DNA from: the human T2T-CHM13v2.0 reference genome, Homo sapiens
Assembly: GCF_009914755.1 (NCBI RefSeq)
Contig: NC_060944.1
Reading direction: 5' to 3' (one strand)
DNA length: 64,000 nucleotides
Part shown: positions 55,201 to 64,000 of the stretch, piece after piece
Position numbering within the stretch: the first letter of the stretch is position 1
Layout: every line of letters starts with the position of its first letter
Made by a program: the position numbers and the translations under genes
Notes under the pieces: model-generated
Database searches by the model: none
Told to the model about the DNA's origin: nothing
What the model saw: the letters and a program-made list of their open reading frames with translations, nothing else

Positions 55201-57633
55201 TGCAATTTTTTTCTCCGTGGGACAGTGGAGTGCTCCGCCCAAGAGGGGTGTTCTCCTGGGGGCATTGCCAATGGCCAAACACACCCTCACCCTCCAAGGC
55301 CCAGCTGTGGGGCCTCTTCTCCTGGAACCCCTCCCTGGGCACACACCCACTTACCCCACGGGCCCCTCCATCTGGGCTCTCCTTTTGCCCGCACTGTTTG
55401 CTCTTGTCTCTGACGGTCGTGATTTTGTTTAAGGGTCAGCCTCCTCCATCGGATTGGCAGCTCCTGGAGAGCAGGACCCATGTCTGATCGCCTAGAAGAC
55501 CTAGGTGGGTGTGGGTGAACAGGCTGTGAAAAGGGGTGACTTTCACTTCTTTCCTTTACAGGGCCGGAGTTAAGATGAGTCCAGCGAAGTGCCTAGAGTA
55601 CCAAATTCATGGAGACGTTTCCTCTTTGGGGAACACACGCCAACCCCAGAGACAGCTTTGGTCTGAATCGTGCAGGTTCCGGGAAGACACGGTGACCAGC
55701 TGAATCGTGTGGTCTCGGTTAGTACCTCTGGCCTCTGAGCCTGTATCCACTTCTGTCCATGAGGATTGTGAATGTGCAGGCTTTGAGGGCTCTGGGAAGG
55801 CCAGCAGAAGTTGGCCATGTGGAAGGACAGGCGAATGAGTGTGCCATGTCCTGCTCCTCGGCCACCTCATGAGCGGAGCCTGACCTGCCCTCCTCCAAAG
55901 TTCTGTGCAGCCCTCCCCAACCAGGAGACTGGAAGTCACCCTGGATGATGGATGCCTGTGCCTTCAAGGCCAGCATAGCCTAGCCCTAGGCAGGTCCACC
56001 AGGGCTGGGAAGGCCTCCATTTCCTCCCAGCCTTGCAGAGGCCTGGCCCGTTGTTAGAGACTTCAAAGGGATGCTAGCCCTGGCACCACACTCCTGTTCA
56101 AATCCCAGCTCCACCCCCACAGCTGGGTGCCCTGGTGTAAAGGACTGCCCTCCTGGAGCTCGGTTTCCTCCTCTGTGAAACGGATGTAGGAAGTGTTATG
56201 GGAATGGGATGAGATACCGCCTTTAAAGCACTCACTGTTCCTTCCCTCAGTCATGCGCTGTCCTACCTCAGCCTTTGCGCTGGCTGTTCCTTCTGCCTGG
56301 GACGTTTTTCTTTCTGATATTTCCCGCACTCACCCCCTTCCCTCACTTCCTTCAAGTCTTTGCTCAAATGCCATCTTCTCAGAGACGCCATTCCAGGCCA
56401 TCCTTTCAAAAATAGCAGTGCCCCAGCACTCTTTACTCCCTCACTCTGAATTTTTCTCTATAGCACTTACCAACTGACATTAGTTTCTGTTTGCTTATTG
56501 CCACCTCCCCTAAAAAATAAGTGCCAAAAGAAGAGGGTTTTTGCCTGTTTCCCTCCCTGCAGTATCCCCAGACACTAGAAAAGGGGCTAACACCTAGGAA
56601 GCTCTGGATAAGTGCTCACTGAATAAAGAACAGAGAAAATGGGCAAATATTATATACTAGTTAGCTAGGTAGACTCCATCCCTACACTCAGGAAGCTTGT
56701 ATTCTAGTGGGAGAAAAGGATAAGTAAATGTAACATTGCAGTTATAGTAAATGCTACCAAATAAAAGTATAGAGTGCAAGCCTCAAACAAGGGTGCCAAC
56801 CTAGTCTTGGGGATAGGAATGGCTTCCTGTAAAAGTGTGGACTGAGCTGAGATTAGAAGGATGAGTAGAAGGCAACCAGATAAAGAGGGGAGGAAAGAGA
56901 AGTCCAGCAGAGCGCCTAGCATAGGCGAAGACCTTGGGGTAGAAGGAAGTGTGTGACGAGTTTGAGAGTTGCAGGAGACCTGTATGGTTGTCATGGAGGG
57001 CCTGATAAGGAACCTGGTAGGAGACGAGCCTGGGCTTAGCAGGTCAGGTCACTGCAGAGCCTTACAGGCCAAGTAATTTGTTCTTTATCCTCAGAGCAGT
57101 GGAGAGCCTCACTGATGAATGTAAGTAAAGGGTTAACAAAACCTTTTCCTCTTTTGCATGAGAATTTGACCTTTGGAAGCTCTGTTTCCTGGAAACAGAT
57201 AAACATATGTCTGCTATGTTACTAAGCAACATTGCTTCTGATAAAAATGACCCCTGAGGAGGAGGCTAGAATGATCCATGTGGCAACAGATTAGAATTGG
57301 AGATACCAGAATGAACTCATGTTTAGCTTAATATAGATGCAGATGATTACATACAGAAAGTTATATATATATATAATACACACACACACACACACACACA
57401 CACACGGGCTAGTATACACACATTTATTTCCTTACTGTCAGGCGAGAGGGCCTAGAAGCAATGATACTCCATAGCAACAAGCACACGTAGCACTGAAATC
57501 TTGGTTTCTAATACCATTCTCCAATAAAAGGATCCAAGGCTCCTTGAAGAAATTGCTGTTTATAGGACTTGGGCAGGAAACACTACAAGATGAGCCCAGA
57601 GCATCTGATAGTGCCAGAAAGTAAAGAAATGCT

Positions 57634-57903
57634 ACACACACACACACACCACACACCACACACACATGCCACACACACTCTACACACACTACACATACAC
57701 TACACACACCACACACACTACACACACATGCCACACACACACTCTACACACACACTACACACACCACACACATACCACATGCACCACACACACCACACGC
57801 ACTACACACACACCATACACACAATACACATACTACACACACACCACACACATACACTACCTACACACACCACACACACTACACACACACCACACACACA
57901 CAC
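57634..57903. repeat. Degenerate CA-rich tandem array
   Basis: Direct reading; recurrent cacacacatgccacacacac and cacactacacac sub-units. Confidence 0.9.
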
Positions 57904-59117
57904 AAATGGTGGGGGTAGGAGCTAACTGAAAGAGTTCCCAATGGCCAAAGCTGGAAAAATTTGAGTGACAAAATAAATAAGGTAATATTGGACTGTAACA
58001 AAAAGTATGAAATAAATATCTATGAGTCCATACTGATAAAAATAACTGAACAAACAGGTAGAAAAGAGAAATCTCCCATGCAGAATTCCAAATTCTGTAT
58101 CTAGATAACTCAGTCCTTGAGGAGGGGAACTGTAACTCCCCATTTTGAAAGTGCGAGGTGCACATAATGACTCCCTTTCCAAGAGTGTTTTATGGAAAGC
58201 GCTGGGGTGGCGGGGCGGGGGCGGGGGCAGGTGGGAAGTAACTTTACAGTGGAGAAACTGACAAACGTGATGACCTCAGCCAGGTGATGAAAGTCAACTC
58301 CAACAGTCAAATCACGTCGCTAGTAGGTACCTTGGATATGATGCGGCACAAATGGCACTTTACCTCTGTTGTCTTCCTCCCCAAAACCCATAGCTGCAGT
58401 CTAGTCATCAGATAAACATCAGACAAATCCCAATGAAGAAAATTCTACAAAACATCTGACTAGTTCTCCTCAAAGGTCATCAAAACAAGGAAAGTCTGAG
58501 AAATTGTCACAAACGATAGGAACCTAAAAAGACATAACGACTCAATGTAGTGTGGTACCCTTGATAGAATACTGGAACAGGAAAAGGAAATTTTGCAAAA
58601 ACTATGGAAATATAAATAAAGTATGGACTTTAGCTAATAACAGTGTATCAGTGTTGGTTAATTGTAACAAATATACTCATGTAAGATGTTAACAGTAGGG
58701 GAAAGTGGGTTTGGGGTTGATGTCCTTCGGATGTTTGTCTCCTCCAAATCTCATGTTGAAATTTGATCCCCAGTGGCAGACTTGGGGCCTGGTGGGAGAT
58801 GTTTGAATCATGGGGGTGGATCCCTCATGAATGGCTCTGTGCTGTCCCCACGGTAATAAGTGAGTTCTCACTCTATTCGTTCACTAGAGAACTGATTGTT
58901 AAAACAAGAGCCTGGCACTTTCCTCCCCTCTCCCTCTTGCTCCCTCTCTTGCCATGTGATGTCTGCTCCCCTTCTCTTTCTGCCATGATTGGAAGCTTCC
59001 TGAAGTCCTCACCAGAATCAGGTGCTAATGCCATCCTTCTTGTACAAGCCCACAAAACCATGAACCAAATATTAATAAACCTATTTTCTTCATAAACTAC
59101 CCAGCCTGAAATATTCA

Positions 59118-59420
59118 TTTCTTCTCCATCCCTCCTTCTCCTCCTCCTTCTTCTTGTTCTTTCTTCTTCTTCTCCTTCTTCTTCTGTTCTTCTTCTTCTT
59201 CTTCTTATTCTTCTTCGTCTTCTTCTCCTCCTCCTCCTTCTCCTTCTCCTTCCTCTTCCTCTTCCTCTTCTCCCACTCCTCCTCCTCCTTCTTCTTCTTC
59301 TTCTTCTTCTTCTTCTTCTTCTTCTTCTTCTTCTTCTTCTCCTTCTCCTCCTCCTCCTCCTCCTCCTTCTCCTTCTCATTCCTCTTCCTCTTCCTCTTCT
59401 CCCACTCCTTCTTCTTCTTC
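59118..59420. repeat. About 300 bp polypyrimidine (TTC/TCC)n tract with pure (TTC)17 at 59289-59339
   Basis: Direct reading. Confidence 0.97.
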
Positions 59421-59704
59421 AGAGATGGGGGCCTCATTCTGTCATCCAGGCTGGAGTGCACCAGCACTATCATAGCTCACTGCAGCTTCAAACTCCCAGG
59501 CTTAAACGATCCTTCCACCTCAGCCTCCTGAGTAGCTGGGACTAGGTGTGCACAACCAAGCCAGGCTAATTTTTTTCTTTTGTTGGTAGAGACAGGGTCT
59601 CACTATGTTGTCCAGGCTGGTCTTGAGCTCCTGGGCTCAAGCAATTTTCCTCCTCAGTCTCCCAAAGTGCTGGAATTACAGGCATGAGCCGCAGTGCTCT
59701 GCCT
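59421..59704 (-). mobile_element. AluJ-like element
   Basis: Reverse Alu (atagctcactgcagc, ctcctgggctcaagc); its tail position is occupied by the TTC tract. Confidence 0.9.
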
Positions 59705-60519
59705 AGGTATTCTTTTATAGCAACACTAAACAGACTAAGACAGCGATATATGGGAACTCTCTGTATCATCTTCCCATTTTTGCTGTAAATCTAAAACTGT
59801 TCTAAAAAATATATATAAGTTGTTGTTGATGATGCTTTTAAACACCCCTGAGAGATAACTTGCGTCTGGGCTGGAGGGAACTATAAATATCTGGTGGGAA
59901 GTCATACTTTTGGTGTCCTAAATATAGTGATTCATGTAACTGGACAGGTCCAAAGGCATTGGCTCCTGTGGGACATGAAACTTTTAAGCCAGGATCGTTC
60001 CTGCACCCACCTGATGGGGATTTCATCTGGCATCTGAGTGGTACTGCTCTGCCGGAAGAGGCAAAGATTCCTGCCAAGAAGAGCATTGCGTGCTGTGCTA
60101 GCAAGTGGAAGTTCCTGAGCTGTATCCTTCAGAGTAGGTCAATGCCAAGTGTGGCTTATGGTCAGCCGCTGAGCCTGAGTGTGTATTGAACCTAAGAAGA
60201 CTCCCTTGTGGACATGGCAGTGGGTGATAAGCAAGGGAGTGATGTGAGTAGATTTGCACTGTGAAAACATTCTCCCTCTGGTTACTCCCAGGTGCAAGGG
60301 GACAAGAGAGAAAAACAGACCATGTGGGAGATTATCATGGTCATATTGGCACACAGAAAGTCCTCAATCAGATAGCTGTAATTATGTATCTGTGGAGATG
60401 TGTGATCTGTGAGACAGAATGAGGACTTCCTATAGGAACATTAGGAGAAACACTTAGTCTGCAATATTCCAAAAGGTAGTGGTATATAACATAATTTTAG
60501 GTGTTAAGTAAATAAAGAT

Positions 60520-61040
60520 GTTTTGATTATCTATCACTGCATAACAAACCACCCCAAAACAGCAGCTTAAAAGAAAATTATTATTTATTTTCTCACAGTT
60601 TTGCAGTTTGGGTTGCTCTCAGCTGAGATAGCTCAGCTCTTGTCTGTATGGCGTCAGCTGGGGTGGCACAAACAGCTGGGAGCTGGCGTAGACTTGACTG
60701 TGTGTCTATGGGCTTGGTTCTCACTGTCAGCTGGGTTTTTTCATTCTCTCCTACATGATCTCTCCATGTAGCTAGCGTAGGCTTCCTTACATAATAGTGG
60801 TCTCAAGGTAGTCAGAGTTCTTACATGGCAGGCAACTTTCCCCAGAGCACAAAAGAAAAAGCTGCTGGATCATCTTAAAACTGAGGCTTGGAACTGGCCT
60901 GGCATTGCTTCTGCTGCATTCTATTGCTTAGTGCAGGTCATGGGCCAGCCTGGATTCAAGGGGAGGGGTCTATATAAGGATATGAATACCAGGAGGCATG
61001 TGTCATTGGGGGCAACTAGAGTAACACTCCCCCATCAGCT
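60520..61040. mobile_element. MaLR (MLT1-type) LTR
   Basis: ctgcataacaaaccaccccaaaac.gcagcttaaaa...ggccagcctggattcaagggga motifs. Confidence 0.65.
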
Positions 61041-61142
61041 ACACTACATTTATCTCTGTACCTATATACACACATATCTATATGTGTTTATTCATTTCAA
61101 TGACTGTTTATTTTAAATTGTTTTAGAAAATATATAACTAGC

Positions 61143-61511
<369 letters not shown>

Positions 61512-61946
61512 CTATATGAAGTTGATGCAATAAAGTCTGCTGGTTTCTTCCAGTATTCACTCACTCTTTCTTCCACCGTAATAGAAGCCTTGATCAATAG
61601 TGGGTACAGTGCACCAGAAGGATTTCATTTCCCAGCTTTCCTTACAGCTAGGTATGGCCAAGTGGATGGTAAGCCATTAGGATATGAGAGGAGGTAGTGT
61701 GGGAAAAATGCGTTAAGTCTCCTGAAAGGAAAGGAATGTGCCCTCCTACTCTCTTTTTGTCCTTCTTGCTGCCAGGATGCAAAACCAATGGCTGGAACTT
61801 GAGCAACCATCTTGGACCATGAAGTGGAAGCCTATTAGGTTGGAAGAGCAGCAAAATTGAAGGAACCTAGATTGCAGATGACTAGATGGAAACACCAGAA
61901 TGGGATAGTTCCTCATACTTTTGTGGATGAGAGAAACAAACATCTA

Positions 61947-62583
<637 letters not shown>

Positions 62584-64000
62584 TTATTTGTGTGTTTATT
62601 TTATTTGACAAACACTTACATAACCCTTCCCATAGGCGAGGCACATGTTTTTACAAATATTAACTCACTCAATCATCTTAACCACCTGATCATGTGGATA
62701 CTATTATTGCCCCCATTTTAAGATGAGGAAATCAAGGCACAGAATAGCTAATAACTCTGTGTCCAAAGTTACACAACTGTTGTCTCATGGTTTGGGGATT
62801 CAGAACCAGACCTCAGCCCAGTGCTTGTAACCACTCTGCTGGCTTTCATCGTAATTTTCAAAGCACTCACAAAAGTCTTGAGAGGCTGTTACTATCATCT
62901 CCATTTTCACATTTGGGAAATTTGAGTGCCAAGGAGAAAGGAGATTATCTTACCGCTACACTAAGGAAGCAAAATTCCAATCAGACCCAAGGGCCCCTGA
63001 CTTCCAGGTTGATTTAGGGACCTCAGATAGACCTAAAGTCCTGGGGCTGATCAGCCCCATGCCTAATCACCCATACCCCACTCCGTTTTCACCTTTCTCA
63101 GAATCTGGCTGGGATCTGGTGTTTGGGTTTGTTTACTTGTGTCATATTTACCCCTGGCACCAGCCTGGCTCATCTGGTTTTCCTGGAGCTCTAATACTTT
63201 CATGGAGTGGCGCTGATATCGTGGCAATGGGACATGGTTCAGGGATTTCAAGAAATTAATTGGTGGTCATGTTCCAGGCCCTGGAAGGAGTGTCCACATT
63301 CACACTCACATGCACACAAATCTTCAGCCGGCCTGGCTGGCATTCTGCCTCCCTTTCCACCTGGTCTGTATGGATCTCCCAGCCTTGGGGAATAAAAGTC
63401 TTGAGTGTTGTGTTCTCTCTCTGCTGTGGAAAGAGTAAGGGGGGAGGCGAGGAAAAACAGAAATCAAGATCCATAATCCTAGCTTCTACAAGAGTGAGTG
63501 CCCCTACCTAGCAGCTCCTTGAGGGCAAATGTCTTATTGTCTCTCATCCATGTGCCAGCACAGGGCCTAGCACACTGGGAGTGCTGGGTTAGGTAGATTC
63601 CAAGCCACTCCCCTGGGAGAGGGCAGGCCCAGGGAGAAAGGAGGAGCCACCGTGATGGAGGTTGTTTGATGGTGCACCTTCTGTGTGGCGATCCCTGCAC
63701 CTGGTCCCTCTGCATTCTGACAGGTCAGTAACCTGGAGTTTAATCACCATGGGAGGAAACTGGGGTCAGATCAGTCAGGCTACCTGCCACAGAGTCACAC
63801 TCAAGGCTAGTTGAGGCCAAGGGATGCTCTTCTGTCCGTCCTATTCTGCTTCACCAGAGTCTCCACCATCTCACCAGGGTCAAGGGCTGCCCTCCATACA
63901 ACAGAAGATTGCAGGATGGTGTCCTAGATACACCAGCATGAGACAGGTGTGTATAGGACACAGGTGCAGAACAGAGGGTGAGAATACCCATGTCCAGAAC

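Larger units (their letters stand above)
58715..59745 (+). mobile_element. MST-type MaLR LTR, split by an Alu and its simple-repeat tail
   Basis: tgtctcctccaaatctcatgttgaaatttgatcccca...aataaacct.ttttcttcataaactacccag; resumes ggtattcttttatagcaacactaaacagactaagaca. Confidence 0.85.
57230..59810 (+). mobile_element. Old L1 (L1MC/MD-type) 3' region hosting a CA-rich expansion, an MST LTR and an Alu
   Basis: L1M 3' UTR motifs (aataaagtatggacttt...aattgtaacaaat; resumes at tatatgggaactctctgtat...tgtaaatctaaaact). Confidence 0.75.

Noticed and set aside
53682-55487. Long overlapping ORFs (up to 320 aa) on both strands
   Set aside because: CpG-island composition suppresses stop codons; the products are Pro/Arg/Gly/Ala low-complexity with no recognisable domain, and nearly all frames are open.
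57438-57929. His/Thr-rich and Cys/Val-rich ORFs
   Set aside because: Translations of the degenerate CA array.
58873-59531. Poly-Arg, Lys/Glu and Phe/Ser ORFs
   Set aside because: Translations of the TTC/TCC simple repeat.

Overview
Human genomic DNA, recognised from the encoded peptides as the PSMF1-TMEM74B region of chr20p13. The + strand carries the last four coding exons of PSMF1 (proteasome inhibitor PI31: 4179-4364, 32348-32401, 33536-33694, 34247-34298) and a 3' UTR with several poly(A) signals. The 28 kb intron after the first of these exons is filled with L1, Alu, L2, MIR, Charlie1 and HERV-L/MLT2A sequence, plus a full-length gamma-actin processed pseudogene (29726-31628). TMEM74B lies convergently on the - strand (CDS 53021-52991 + 50805-50066, 256 aa), with a CpG island at about 53.8-55.2 kb. 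The last 9 kb is repeat-rich. I see no CRISPR array, tRNA, rRNA or credible new protein-coding gene. The most unusual structure is a 153 bp, 148/153-identical, non-Alu inverted repeat downstream of the PSMF1 stop (38229-38907). It would be included only in long-3'UTR isoforms, making it a candidate polyadenylation-controlled dsRNA switch. Other oddities: an Alu with a triplicated 155 bp internal unit; several fold-back hairpin scars; a competing splice donor that would remove PI31's C-terminal HbYX motif; a uATG-dense TMEM74B leader; and an Alu-tail (TTC)17 tract. All functional interpretations are hypotheses. Repeat family names are from visual recognition and their boundaries are approximate.
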